The position numbers were made by a program, and so were the translations under genes. The notes below the pieces were generated by a model, which did no database searches, had not been told where the DNA came from, and was given only the letters and a program-made list of their open reading frames with translations. A stretch of DNA of 64,000 nucleotides from an uncultured Actinomycetota bacterium (lineage in GTDB: Bacteria > Actinomycetota > Actinomycetes > JACCUZ01), in the NCBI GenBank assembly GCA_963839955.1, contig CAWIXB010000001.1, positions 1,887,492-1,951,491 on the forward strand. Reading direction: 5' to 3'. The stretch's first letter is position 1; each line of letters starts with the position of its first letter. Below, one piece after another: positions 32,020-41,750 of this stretch.

Positions 32020-32939
32020 CCGGCGCCGATAACCGCCTTGAACGCGGTCAGCACCCGGTTGAGCGGGCTGTCCAGCCCCCACCGTTCGCTGAGCTCCACC
32101 AGGCGGTCCGGGTCGCGCGGCGCGGCGGGGATCGTGTCGTCGTACGCCGGCAGCGGCACGTCCTTGGCCACGGCCACCACGACCGGCGCAACCGCGAGGT
32201 AGTCCTTCGCCGCCGCGAGCTTTCCGCGCGCGCCCGCCGGCATCGCGGTGTCGCCCGCCTCGACCGCGGCCAGCAGCGCAGTGAGGGTGCCGTACTTCGT
32301 GATCAGCGCCGCTGCGGTCTTGTCGCCCACGCCAGGCACGCCGGGCAGCCCGTCGCTAGGGTCGCCGCGCAGCGTCGCGAAGTCGGCGTAGGCACGCCCC
32401 GGGATGGCGTACTTGGCCGTCACGGCTGCCTCGTCGAGGATCTCGTGGCGGCCCACCCCGCGGGCGGTGTAGAGCACGCGCACGCCACGGTCGTCGTCGA
32501 CCAGCTGGAAGAGGTCGCGGTCACCCGTCACGACGTCCACCGGTCGCGCTGCGCCGGTGGCGAGCGTGCCGATGACGTCGTCGGCCTCGTAGCCGTCGAC
32601 GCCGACCCGCGCGATGCCGATCGCGTCGAGGACCTCCTCGATCACGGCCACCTGCGGGGTCAGCGCGTCGGGCACCTCCTCCTCGTGGCCGGTCGCGACC
32701 CGATGTGCCTTGTAGGACGGGATCGCGTCGACGCGGAAGGCCGGCCGCCAGTCGTTGTCCATGCAGGCGACGAGGTGGCTCGGCCCACGGTCGGTGACGA
32801 GCCGGGCGATGAAGTCGAGCAGCCCGCGCACGGCGTTCACCGGGCTGCCGTCCGGCGCCGTCACCGTGTCGGGCACGCCGTAGAAGGCCCGGAAGTAGAG
32901 CGACGGCGTGTCGAGGAGCATCAGTCGTTGGGTGGACAC
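32016..32939 (-). CDS. 5'-3' exonuclease (FEN/Pol I N-terminal nuclease family)
   Basis: N-terminus LMLLDTPSLYFRAFYG, acidic catalytic clusters, and the H3TH motif GVPGVGDKTAAALI. Confidence 0.85.
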   Translation of the reverse strand: MSTQRLMLLDTPSLYFRAFYGVPDTVTAPDGSPVNAVRGLLDFIARLVTDRGPSHLVACMDNDWRPAFRVDAIPSYKAHRVATGHEEEVPDALTPQVAVIEEVLDAIGIARVGVDGYEADDVIGTLATGAARPVDVVTGDRDLFQLVDDDRGVRVLYTARGVGRHEILDEAAVTAKYAIPGRAYADFATLRGDPSDGLPGVPGVGDKTAAALITKYGTLTALLAAVEAGDTAMPAGARGKLAAAKDYLAVAPVVVAVAKDVPLPAYDDTIPAAPRDPDRLVELSERWGLDSPLNRVLTAFKAVIGAG

Positions 32940-32971
32940 GGACCGAAGCCTGCCAGAAGCGGGCGACTAGA

Positions 32972-34096
32972 TTGGACGCTATGACCGCCGCTCTCGCCAC
33001 CCGCGACCGCCTGTCACACGCGGCCAAGACCGCAGCCGGCAGCGAGGTCGACGCCCTGCTCATCACTCCCGGCCCCGACCTGCGCTGGTTGATCGGCTAC
33101 GACGCGCGACCGCTCGAGCGGCTCACCTGCCTCGTGCTGCCGGTCGACGGCGAGCCGTTCCTCGTCGCGCCAGGCCTCGAGGTGCCGGCCGCAGAGGCCG
33201 CGGGTGTGCCAGGCCTCGGGGTCGACATCGTCGGCTGGGCCGAGACCGAAAACCCTTACGCGCTGATCGCCGCCCGGTTGCCCGGCAACGTGCGCCGGGT
33301 GGGGCTCACCAACCGGATGTGGGCCGAGCAGGTCATGCGGTTCCGCGCCGCACTTCCCGGCGCCGAGCAGACGCTCGCCACCGCCGTCCTCGGCGACCTG
33401 AGGATGCGCAAGTCGCCCGAGGAGGTCGGCGCCCTGCGCCGCGCGGGTCAGGCGATCGACCGGGTGCACGCGCAGATGGGCGAGTTCCTGCGGCCGGGAC
33501 GCACCGAGGCGGAAGCAGGTCGCGACATCGCCGCCGCCATCCTCGACGAGGGTCACGTCACGGTCGACTTCGTCATCGTCGCCTCGGGACCCAACGGCGC
33601 GTCGCCCCACCACGAGACCGGCAGCCGGGTGATGCAGGCCGGCGACCCGGTCGTCGTCGACATCGGCGGGACCACCGCCGAGGGCTACTGCTCCGACTGC
33701 ACGCGGACCTACGTCCTGGACGAGGCGCCGGCCGACTTCGCGGCGTACTACCAGGTGCTCCACCAGGCGCAGCTCGCCGCCTGCGCTCACGCTCGCCCCG
33801 GGGTCGAGGCCGAGTCGGTCGACGCCGCGGCACGCGAGGTCATCACGGCCGCGGGCTTCGGCGCGGCGTTCATGCACCGCACCGGACACGGCATCGGTGT
33901 GGAGACCCACGAGGAGCCCTACATCGTCGAGGGCAACACGACCCCGCTCGAACCCGGCATGGCCTTCTCGATCGAGCCCGGCATCTACCTGGCCGGCCGC
34001 CACGGCGCTCGCATCGAGGACATCGTCGTCGTCACCGACGACGGTGTCGAACGGCTCAACACCACCGACCGCGACGTCGTACTCCTGGAGACCTGA
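32972..34096 (+). CDS. M24 family metallopeptidase (Xaa-Pro dipeptidase-like, PepE/PepQ)
   Basis: Creatinase_N-like N-terminal domain plus a pita-bread domain with metal ligands in HRTGHGIGVETHEEP and EPGMAFSIEPGIY. Confidence 0.85.
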   Translation: MDAMTAALATRDRLSHAAKTAAGSEVDALLITPGPDLRWLIGYDARPLERLTCLVLPVDGEPFLVAPGLEVPAAEAAGVPGLGVDIVGWAETENPYALIAARLPGNVRRVGLTNRMWAEQVMRFRAALPGAEQTLATAVLGDLRMRKSPEEVGALRRAGQAIDRVHAQMGEFLRPGRTEAEAGRDIAAAILDEGHVTVDFVIVASGPNGASPHHETGSRVMQAGDPVVVDIGGTTAEGYCSDCTRTYVLDEAPADFAAYYQVLHQAQLAACAHARPGVEAESVDAAAREVITAAGFGAAFMHRTGHGIGVETHEEPYIVEGNTTPLEPGMAFSIEPGIYLAGRHGARIEDIVVVTDDGVERLNTTDRDVVLLET

Positions 34097-34101
34097 TCAC
34101 C

Positions 34102-35250
34102 ATGGCCGTCCACCGACACCTGCCCAGCGCCGAGGCCGTCGCCCTCCTCGACCTGACCCGCGAGATCGCGCGCGACGAGCTCGCGCCGAAGGCCGCGGCC
34201 TACGAGGCCGAGAGCCGCTTCCCCCGCGAGGTCTTCCGCACCCTCGGCAAGGCAGGGCTGCTCGGCCTGCCCTATCCCGAGGAGTTCGGCGGCGGCGCCC
34301 AGCCCTACGAGGTCTACCTGCAGGTCGTCGAGGAGCTCGCGACCGTGTGGGGCACGGTCGCCGAAGGCATCAGCGTGCACAGCCTGGCCTGCTACCCGCT
34401 CGCGATGTTCGGCACCGACGAGCAGCGTCAGCGCTGGCTGCCGGACATGGTCGGCGGCGAGCTGCTCGGCGCCTACTGCCTCTCGGAGCCGCAGTCCGGC
34501 TCCGACGCTGCCGCGCTGCGCACCCGCGCCGTGCGCGACGGCGACGACTACGTCCTCGACGGCACCAAGGCCTGGATCACCCACGGGGGAGAGGCAGACT
34601 TCTACGCCGTCTTCTGCCGCACCTCCGACGACGGCTCCCGCGGCATCTCGTGCCTCCTCGTGCCCGGCGACGCAGCCGGCCTGTCGGCCGGCACTCCCGA
34701 GCGCAAGATGGGCTTCAAGGGCTCGACGACCGCGCAGCTGTCCTTCGACGGCGCGCGGGTCGGCGCCGACCGCCTGCTGGCACGCGAAGGTGAAGGGTTC
34801 GGGATCGCGCTGTCGGCTCTGGACGGCGGACGTCTCGGCATCGCGGCGTGCGCCGTCGGCATCGCACAGGCAGCGCTGGACGCGGCGGTGACCTACGCCG
34901 GCCAGCGCGAGCAGTTCGGCCGGCCGATCCTCGAGTTCCAGGGCCTGTCCTTCATGCTGGCCGACATGGCGACGCAGGTGGAGGCGGGACGCGCGCTCTA
35001 CCTGGACGCGGCGCGCCGCCGCGACCGCGGCGAACCGTTCGGCAAGCAGGCCGCGATGGCCAAGCTGTTCTGCACGGACACGGCGATGCGCGTCACCACC
35101 GACGCCGTGCAGGCACTCGGCGGCTACGGCTACGTCGAGGACTACCCGGTCGAGCGCTACATGCGCGAGGCCAAGGCCCTGCAGATCGTCGAGGGCACCA
35201 ACCAGGTCCAGCGCGTCGTCATCGGCCGTCATCTGGCCAAGGGCGGCTGA
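34102..35250 (+). CDS. Acyl-CoA dehydrogenase
   Basis: ACAD N-terminal, middle and C-terminal domain signatures (LSEPQSGSDAAAL, FDGARVGADRLLAREGEGF, YAGQREQFGRPI, catalytic E in QALGGYGYVEDYPVERYMREAK). The ATG at 34102 is in frame in track ORF 33319..35250. Confidence 0.88.
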   Translation: MAVHRHLPSAEAVALLDLTREIARDELAPKAAAYEAESRFPREVFRTLGKAGLLGLPYPEEFGGGAQPYEVYLQVVEELATVWGTVAEGISVHSLACYPLAMFGTDEQRQRWLPDMVGGELLGAYCLSEPQSGSDAAALRTRAVRDGDDYVLDGTKAWITHGGEADFYAVFCRTSDDGSRGISCLLVPGDAAGLSAGTPERKMGFKGSTTAQLSFDGARVGADRLLAREGEGFGIALSALDGGRLGIAACAVGIAQAALDAAVTYAGQREQFGRPILEFQGLSFMLADMATQVEAGRALYLDAARRRDRGEPFGKQAAMAKLFCTDTAMRVTTDAVQALGGYGYVEDYPVERYMREAKALQIVEGTNQVQRVVIGRHLAKGG

Positions 35251-35269
35251 TCCGCCGCCTACCAATACG

Positions 35270-35719
35270 GTGGGAGCCATGGAGGACATCGACCGGTCGA
35301 TCGTGCGACTGCTCGCCGCCGACGGCCGGACGAGCTACACCGACCTCGGCCGCGCGACCGGCCTCTCGACGTCGGCCGTGCACCAGCGGGTGCGTCGCCT
35401 CGAGGAGCGCGGCGTACTCCGCGGCTACGCCGCCGTGGTCGACGCGGAAGCGGTCGGCCTGCCGCTGACAGCGTTCATCTCGATCCGCCCCATCGACCCG
35501 AGCGCACCCGACGACGCGCCCGAGCAGCTGCGGGACATCGAGGAGATCGAGGCGTGCCACTCGGTCGCCGGCGACGAGAGCTACATCCTCAAGGTGCGCG
35601 TGGCGGCCCCGGCCGATCTCGAGGCCCTGCTGACCCGGGTCCGCGCGCAGGCCGGGGTGTCGACGCGCACGACGATCGTGCTGTCCACCCCCTACGAAGC
35701 GCGACCGCCCCGTCTCTGA
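35270..35719 (+). CDS. Lrp/AsnC family transcriptional regulator
   Basis: HTH RTSYTDLGRATGLSTSAVHQRVRRLEERGVL plus a C-terminal RAM domain. Confidence 0.85.
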   Translation: MGAMEDIDRSIVRLLAADGRTSYTDLGRATGLSTSAVHQRVRRLEERGVLRGYAAVVDAEAVGLPLTAFISIRPIDPSAPDDAPEQLRDIEEIEACHSVAGDESYILKVRVAAPADLEALLTRVRAQAGVSTRTTIVLSTPYEARPPRL

Positions 35720-35888
35720 AGCGGGCGCTGCAGTGGCGGCTCCTCCTTTGTGACTACTCACGGTAGTCAATTTGTCACAATGATGAACCGCTCTTGACGG
35801 ACACTTGGGACAGATTGGTGAAATATGCCCCGACATAGAAGTGCGGAGTCAAAGCCGCGATCCGTCACCTGCCGAAGGGTTCGCCGCC

Positions 35889-36338
35889 ATGACACTCGCA
35901 CTGCGCGCCGCCATCCTGTCTCTGCTGACCGCTGCACTGGTCGTCACGACCACCGTGGTGGCCCCGCCCGAGGCATCCGCGGCCACCTACCGCGAGCGGG
36001 TGCTCATCGCCAAGATCAACCAGGCCCGAGCCGCTCACGGCCTGCGCGCCCTCACGCCGCGCGCCGACCTGATGTCCTACGCGCGGGCCCACTCGCGGCG
36101 CATGGCGAGTCGCGGGTACCTCTACCACACGTCGAACTTCCGGGTGATCTGCTGCTGGAGCTCCATCGGCGAGAACGTCGGCTACTCAGGCACCATCCCG
36201 AACGTGCACCGCGCGTTCATGAACTCCAACGGCCACCGCACCAACGTCCTCAGCCGTGGCAAGAGGGGCGTCGGCGTCGGCGTCATCCACTACCGCGGCC
36301 GTCTCTGGGTCACCGAGGTCTTCCGCGCCCCGCGCTAA
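35889..36338 (+). CDS. Secreted CAP/SCP/PR-1 domain protein
   Basis: Signal peptide. CAP motifs HYTQVVW-like (GENVGYSG, HRTNVLS). Preceded by an AT-rich 170-bp intergenic region. Confidence 0.7.
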   Translation: MTLALRAAILSLLTAALVVTTTVVAPPEASAATYRERVLIAKINQARAAHGLRALTPRADLMSYARAHSRRMASRGYLYHTSNFRVICCWSSIGENVGYSGTIPNVHRAFMNSNGHRTNVLSRGKRGVGVGVIHYRGRLWVTEVFRAPR

Positions 36339-36372
36339 CAGTCCTCCTCAACGCTGTCGCGTTGTCCCCTCT

Positions 36373-37854
36373 TTAACCTGCCTGCTCGCGCGCCGCGGTC
36401 CGTGACGCGGCGGCTTGCTCGGCGGCGGCCTCGTGGTCGACCGATGAGCCGTGCTCACGCCACCAGGCCTGGCCGGCCTCCGGGAGCGTGTGGATCGGGT
36501 CGTAGTACTCGTAGCGACGGTCGAGAGCGGCCACGTCGGTGCGCTCGATGCCGGTGCGGTAGTTCTTCGTCCAGTAGGACACGCCGCGCACCTCGTCGTA
36601 CTCCTCGAACTGGTGCACCCAGCGCTTACCGACGAACGGCACGTCGCAGATGATGCGCGGCGTCGCGAAGCCGGGCAGGTAGCCCATGATCGCGTGCTGC
36701 AGCTTGCGTGCCTCACCGACCGAGACTCGCCAGTGCTCCGAAAACGGGATCATGTCGCACATGTAGAAGTAGTAGGGCATGACCCCCGCACCGTCGAGCA
36801 GCGCGAAGCACAGGTCGAGCAGGTCCTCACTCGTTGCGTTGACGCCCTGCATGAGCACGCCCTGGTTGCGGACGTCACGCACACCGGCCTCGAGCATCGC
36901 GCGGGTCGCGTCGGCGACGAGCGGCGTGACCGACGCCGCGTTGTTCACGTGGGTGTGGATCGCCAGGTGTACGCCGCGGGCACGCGCCACCGTCGCCAGT
37001 CGCTCCATGCCCGCGCGGACGTCGTCCTGCAGCCAGTGCTGGGGGAGACCCATCAGCGCCTTGGTCGCCAACCGGATGTCGCGGATGTTCTCGATCTCGA
37101 GCAGGCGGGCGACGAACGCCTCGAGGTTCTTGAACGGCATGTTGGCGACGTCACCACCGGAAACGACGACATCGCGGACACCGGGAGTGCGACGCAGATA
37201 GTCGAGCATCGCGTCGTAGCGGTCGACCGGCTTGAGGTCGAACTTCAGCTTGTCGATCATTGGCGTCGAGTTGCCGACGAGGTCCATGCGCGTGCAGTGG
37301 CCGCAGTACTGCGGACACGTCGGCAGCAGCTCGGCCAGCACTTTGGTGGGATAGCGGTGGGTGAGACCTTCCGCGACCCACATGTCGTGCTCGTGCAGCG
37401 AGTCGCGGGTGGCGTGCGGGTGCGACGGCCAGTCGGTACGCCGGTCGGAGAACACCGGCAGCATGTAGCGGCGTACCGGGTCGGCGTAGAACGCGTCAGT
37501 CCACGACTGCCCATCAGCCGGCCCGGCGGGCACAACCGTGTTCATCATCTGCGGCGGCATGAGCATCGACATCGTGGCCCGCTCGGCCTGGTCGCGCTCG
37601 AGGTCGGCGTAGAGCCGGTCCTCCAGCAGGTCGCCCATGAGGGCCCGCAGCTGCTTGACGTTCTTGACGCAGTGCGCGCGCTGCCACTGCACGGACGCCC
37701 ACTCCTGGGGGGTGACCTCCCGGTAGCCGGGCAGCCGGGTCCAGTCGGGCTCGACCAGCTCGCGGCGGCGGTAGGCGTAGGGCTGGAGGAGGTCGGCCGG
37801 CTCGTCGGCAACCGGGTCGAGCGGGCTCACGAGCCGCGGCGTGGGTGCTGACAC
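36373..37854 (-). CDS. kamA: L-lysine 2,3-aminomutase (KamA family radical SAM/PLP enzyme)
   Basis: Radical SAM cluster CPQYCGHCTR (CxxxCxxC). Conserved KamA blocks (RYPTKVLAELLPTCPQYC, VVVSGGDVANMP). 493 aa. Confidence 0.85.
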   Translation of the reverse strand: MSAPTPRLVSPLDPVADEPADLLQPYAYRRRELVEPDWTRLPGYREVTPQEWASVQWQRAHCVKNVKQLRALMGDLLEDRLYADLERDQAERATMSMLMPPQMMNTVVPAGPADGQSWTDAFYADPVRRYMLPVFSDRRTDWPSHPHATRDSLHEHDMWVAEGLTHRYPTKVLAELLPTCPQYCGHCTRMDLVGNSTPMIDKLKFDLKPVDRYDAMLDYLRRTPGVRDVVVSGGDVANMPFKNLEAFVARLLEIENIRDIRLATKALMGLPQHWLQDDVRAGMERLATVARARGVHLAIHTHVNNAASVTPLVADATRAMLEAGVRDVRNQGVLMQGVNATSEDLLDLCFALLDGAGVMPYYFYMCDMIPFSEHWRVSVGEARKLQHAIMGYLPGFATPRIICDVPFVGKRWVHQFEEYDEVRGVSYWTKNYRTGIERTDVAALDRRYEYYDPIHTLPEAGQAWWREHGSSVDHEAAAEQAAASRTAAREQAG

Positions 37855-37912
37855 AACGTCGCTCCTCGGGGTCTCGAAGGCTCGGTGACGCCCCTTGCGA
37901 CGTCAAGGCGAG

Positions 37913-37931
37913 GGAGAACGGGATGTTCTCC
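37913..37931. promoter_or_regulatory. Inverted repeat GGAGAAC-N5-GTTCTCC in the divergent kamA/kdd intergenic region
   Basis: Seen directly. Sits about 60 nt upstream of kamA on the minus strand and about 140 nt upstream of kdd. Candidate operator. Confidence 0.3.
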
Positions 37932-38068
37932 GGTGTGGCCTGCAGACTACGGGAAGAAGTTCGGCCAATCCACCCGCACGCCGTAGGATCTCCCTCACAC
38001 CGCCACCCCCAGCGGTGATCGTGCAGTTGTGCGGCTTATCGCCACCCGTTTGCCGGAAGGATGGTCGC

Positions 38069-39130
38069 GTGACGACTGGCCCGCGCTCCTCGCCCGTCGG
38101 CCTGCACCGCGTGGTCGAGCCTCCCGGCGCGCTGCCCCAGGCCGCCACCACACTGGACGCCGACCCCGCGATCCGGGCCGACGAGGTCCGGCTGCGGCTG
38201 GAGCGGCTCAACCTGGACGCCGCGTCATTCCGTCAGCTCACCACCAAGCATCACGGCGACGGCGAGGCCGTGCGCGCCGAGGTGCTCGCGATCGTCGCAG
38301 CGCGCGGCAAGATGCAGAACCCCGTCACCGGCTCCGGCGGGATGCTCGTCGGCGTGGTCGAGGAGGTCGGTCCGGACTCACCGCTCGGGCTGGCCGTCGG
38401 CGACCGCGTCGCGACCCTTGTCTCCCTCTCGCTCACCCCGCTGATGCTGAGCGACGGGCTGCGCGAGTGGGACGGTCGGTCCGAGCAGGTGCCGGCCGAG
38501 GGTCACGCGATCCTGTTCGCGCGCTCGATCGCCGCGGTCGTGCCCGACGATTTGCCGGCGGGACTGGCGATGGCGGTGCTCGACGTGTGCGGCGCGCCGG
38601 CGCTGACCGCGCGGGTGGTCCGCGGGTACGCCGAGCGCGGCGGTCGGCCGAAGGTCGCTGTCGTCGGGGGAGCGGGCAAGAGCGGCTCGATGTCCCTTGC
38701 CGCAGCCCGTTCCGCCGGTGCGACGCGCACTGCCGGTGTGGTGCCCGTCGAGTCCGAAGCCGATCTCCTTCGCGAGTCGGGCCTCGCCGACGCGGTCGCT
38801 CTCGCCGATGCTCGCGACCCCGTCGCACTCGCCGCGGCGGTCGAGAGCGCACTCGACGGCCCCGCCGACGTCACGGTGGTCTGCGTCGACGTACCAGGCT
38901 GCGAGCACGGAGCGATTCTCGCGACCGCCGAGGGCGGCACGGTCGTGTTCTTCTCGATGGCGACGTCATTCTCGGCCGCGGCACTGGGCGCAGAGGGACT
39001 CGCCGCCGACGTGACGATGCTCATCGGCAACGGGTACGTCCCCGGCCACGCTGACCTCGCACTCGAGTTGCTCCGCAGCGAGCCCGCCCTGCGCGCGCTC
39101 TTCGAGCATCGCCTCGCCACCGAGCACTGA
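38069..39130 (+). CDS. kdd: L-erythro-3,5-diaminohexanoate dehydrogenase-like (Kdd)
   Basis: N-terminal GLHRVVEPPGALPQAA...LNLDAASFRQL pattern typical of Kdd. Divergent from kamA. GGAAGG RBS before the GTG at 38069. Assignment is by recollection of family motifs. Confidence 0.7.
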   Translation: MTTGPRSSPVGLHRVVEPPGALPQAATTLDADPAIRADEVRLRLERLNLDAASFRQLTTKHHGDGEAVRAEVLAIVAARGKMQNPVTGSGGMLVGVVEEVGPDSPLGLAVGDRVATLVSLSLTPLMLSDGLREWDGRSEQVPAEGHAILFARSIAAVVPDDLPAGLAMAVLDVCGAPALTARVVRGYAERGGRPKVAVVGGAGKSGSMSLAAARSAGATRTAGVVPVESEADLLRESGLADAVALADARDPVALAAAVESALDGPADVTVVCVDVPGCEHGAILATAEGGTVVFFSMATSFSAAALGAEGLAADVTMLIGNGYVPGHADLALELLRSEPALRALFEHRLATEH

Positions 39131-39339
39131 CGCGCCCGGGATACTTACGAACTGACGCCCCCTCGTGCGTACGAACTGACCCCCCAACGTGGTGAAGATC
39201 GCAACGCAACCCCACAAAGGTCGACGGCACAGTCAGCTCCACGCGTGGCCACCGGGCCGACACACCCGCATCGCTGCCCGTTGCGGGGCCTGGTTGCGAT
39301 CACCGCGGGTGGGCATCCGGGTCGAGAACCTCACGGCCG

Positions 39340-40884
39340 GTGGGCGAGACTCCTCGGGTGACCCGCACCCTCTATCGCAACGGCCACGTCCTGACCCCCG
39401 AGTCGCCGGACGCGACGGCATTCATGGTCGAAGGTGAGGCGCTCGCGTGGCTCGGTGCCGACCGCGACGCGCCGCAGGACGCCGACGCCGTCGTCGACCT
39501 CGACGGCGCGCTCGTGACCCCCGCGTTCGTCGACGCCCACGTGCACGCCACCTCGACAGGGATAGCCCTGGTCGGCCTCGACCTGGTCGGCACCGCGAGT
39601 CTCGCCGAGTGCCTCGACCGGGTGGCGGCCTACGCCCGCCGGCGCCGGGGTGGCGTCGTGCTCGGCCACGGCTGGGACGAGACCGCTTGGCCGGAGCACC
39701 GGCCGCCGACCCGCGAGGAGCTCGACCGCGCGTCGTACGGCGGAGTCGTCTACCTCTCGCGGGTCGACGTCCACTCGGCCGCCGTGTCGTCGGCGCTGCT
39801 GGCCGCGGCTCCGGAGGCGCGCGCCGCGGACGGGTTCGCCGAGAGCGGCCACCTCACCACCGAGGCCCATCACGTCGTACGCCGGGTGGCGCGCGAGTCG
39901 GTGACCCCCGCGCAGCGACGGGAAGCACAGCAGGCCACGCGGCGCCGGGCAAGCGAGCTCGGCATCGGGTGCATCCACGAGCTCTCCGGGCCGGACATCT
40001 CCGACGCCGACGACCTGCGCGCCCTCATCGCTCTGAGCGCTGCCGAGCCCGGTCCGGACCTCGTCCCCTACTGGGGCGAGCTGGGGCCGGCCGGCATCGA
40101 CGCCGCCCGCAAGCTCGGCGCGCGCGGGGCAGCCGGAGACCTGTTCGCCGACGGCGCGATCGGCTCGCGCACTGCCAGTCTGCGCGAAATCTACGTCGAC
40201 GCGGACCACGCGGGGCACGCCTACCTGACCGCAGCCCAGGTGCGCGACCACGTCGAGGCCTGCACGCGCGCGGGGATGCAGGCGGGCTTCCACGCCATCG
40301 GCGACGGCGCGGTCGACACCGTCGTCGCGGGCTTCAACGAGGCGGCGGAGCGGCTCGGCGACGACGCAGTGCGCGCCGCGCGCCACCGCCTCGAGCACGT
40401 CGAGATGGTCTCCGCCGAAGCCGTCGCGGTGCTTGCCCGGCTCGGCGTCGTGGCGTCGGTGCAGCCGGCCTTCGACCGGCTCTGGGGCGGCGCCGCGGGA
40501 ATGTACGCCGAGCGGCTGGGCACCGAGCGCGCGGCCGGTCTCAACCCGTTCGCCGCGATGGCAGCGGCCGGCGTGATCCTGGCGCTCGGGTCCGACTCAC
40601 CGGTCACGCCGCTGGACCCTTGGGGGAGTGTGCGGGCTGCGGCGCACCACCAGACCGTGGGCTCGAGCCTTGACGTCCGCGCCGCTTTCGACGCACACAC
40701 CCGCGGCGGCTGGCGCGCGGCAGGCGTCGACGACGGCGGACTGCTCGTCACCGGGGCACCGGCAACCTTCGCGTCCTGGGACACCGGTGGCGGGTCCGGC
40801 CTGCCGCGACTGGACGTGGCCGAACCGCTGCCGACGTGTCAGCGCACGGTGGTCCGCGGCGTAACCGTCTACCCGGCGGGCTGA
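39340..40884 (+). CDS. Metal-dependent amidohydrolase (Amidohydro_3 family)
   Basis: HxH motif FVDAHVHATSTG near the N-terminus. Later GFHAIGDGA and LALGSDSPV metal-ligand motifs. The start may be the GTG at 39358. Confidence 0.75.
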   Translation: MGETPRVTRTLYRNGHVLTPESPDATAFMVEGEALAWLGADRDAPQDADAVVDLDGALVTPAFVDAHVHATSTGIALVGLDLVGTASLAECLDRVAAYARRRRGGVVLGHGWDETAWPEHRPPTREELDRASYGGVVYLSRVDVHSAAVSSALLAAAPEARAADGFAESGHLTTEAHHVVRRVARESVTPAQRREAQQATRRRASELGIGCIHELSGPDISDADDLRALIALSAAEPGPDLVPYWGELGPAGIDAARKLGARGAAGDLFADGAIGSRTASLREIYVDADHAGHAYLTAAQVRDHVEACTRAGMQAGFHAIGDGAVDTVVAGFNEAAERLGDDAVRAARHRLEHVEMVSAEAVAVLARLGVVASVQPAFDRLWGGAAGMYAERLGTERAAGLNPFAAMAAAGVILALGSDSPVTPLDPWGSVRAAAHHQTVGSSLDVRAAFDAHTRGGWRAAGVDDGGLLVTGAPATFASWDTGGGSGLPRLDVAEPLPTCQRTVVRGVTVYPAG

Positions 40885-41540
40885 GCCGGCGGCTCGTTGT
40901 AGGTCGTGGCCCGTTCCTGCTCACTGAGCGCGGCGATGCGGCTCATCACCTCGTCGGTGATCTCGCGGCGGGCCCGGCCCGGCGGCAGTCCGCCGTAGTC
41001 CGCGGGGTCGACCGGCTCACCGAAGCGGATCTGCACCCGGCGTACCCGCGGGAAGCGCGCGCCGACCGGCTGCACGCGGTCGGTCCCGATCAGCCCCACT
41101 GGCACCACCGGCGCCCCGCTCGCCAGCGCCAGCCAGCCGACACCGGTGCGGCCGCGGTACAGCCGTCCGTCGCGCGAGCGAGTGCCCTCGGGGTAGATGC
41201 CGAACGCGTAGCCGCGTCGTAGGACGCCGAGCGCCAGGTCGAGCGAGGCCTGCGCGTCGCGCTGCTGCTCGCGCTGCACGGGCACCGCATCGAAGGAACG
41301 GAAGAACGCCCGCCGCGGCAGGCTGGCCAGCGACCGACCCTCCCAGTATTCCGCCTTGGCCAGGAACGCCACCCGCCGCGGCACCACGAGCGGGATCGCG
41401 ATGCTGTCGATGAAGGACCGGTGGTTGCTCGCGACGATGAGCGGGCCGGTCGGCGGGATCTTGTCCCGACCCTCCACGACGGGTCGCCAGACCACGCGCA
41501 TCAGCACCAGGCAGAGGAAACGCGTGATCGGATAGAGCAT
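40869..41540 (-). CDS. 1-acyl-sn-glycerol-3-phosphate acyltransferase-like (LPLAT/PlsC family)
   Basis: NHRSFIDS (HxxxxD) and YPEGTRS motifs. Confidence 0.8.
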   Translation of the reverse strand: MLYPITRFLCLVLMRVVWRPVVEGRDKIPPTGPLIVASNHRSFIDSIAIPLVVPRRVAFLAKAEYWEGRSLASLPRRAFFRSFDAVPVQREQQRDAQASLDLALGVLRRGYAFGIYPEGTRSRDGRLYRGRTGVGWLALASGAPVVPVGLIGTDRVQPVGARFPRVRRVQIRFGEPVDPADYGGLPPGRARREITDEVMSRIAALSEQERATTYNEPPAQPAG

Positions 41541-41750
41541 CCAGCGGCTCCCGGGGGCAGGGCGGTCGCGACGACGCTATCCGCACGCCTGGCGACCGCC
41601 CTCGCCGCCCGTCGCCAGGCGCCGCGTTCGCCACTGAGGTGCGGCCCGAGCCCCTGGTCGGGCACGATGGGGACGAACAGATCCTCCGGCGCACCGTTGT
41701 GCAGACCGGAGGTCCTGCGGCCACAGGCCGCCCAACCCGCAAGGAGTCCG

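Noticed and set aside
41541-41750. Cobalamin-riboswitch-like elements (GCCACTG and a B12-box-like CAGACCGGAGGTCCTGC) in the plsC/kamD divergent region, upstream of the B12-dependent aminomutase genes
   Set aside because: Only fragments of the consensus are present. No AGGGAA/GGTG 5' elements. The region is too short to hold a full aptamer without overlapping the plsC-like start. B12 riboswitches normally control B12 uptake/synthesis or B12-independent isozymes, not B12-dependent enzymes.
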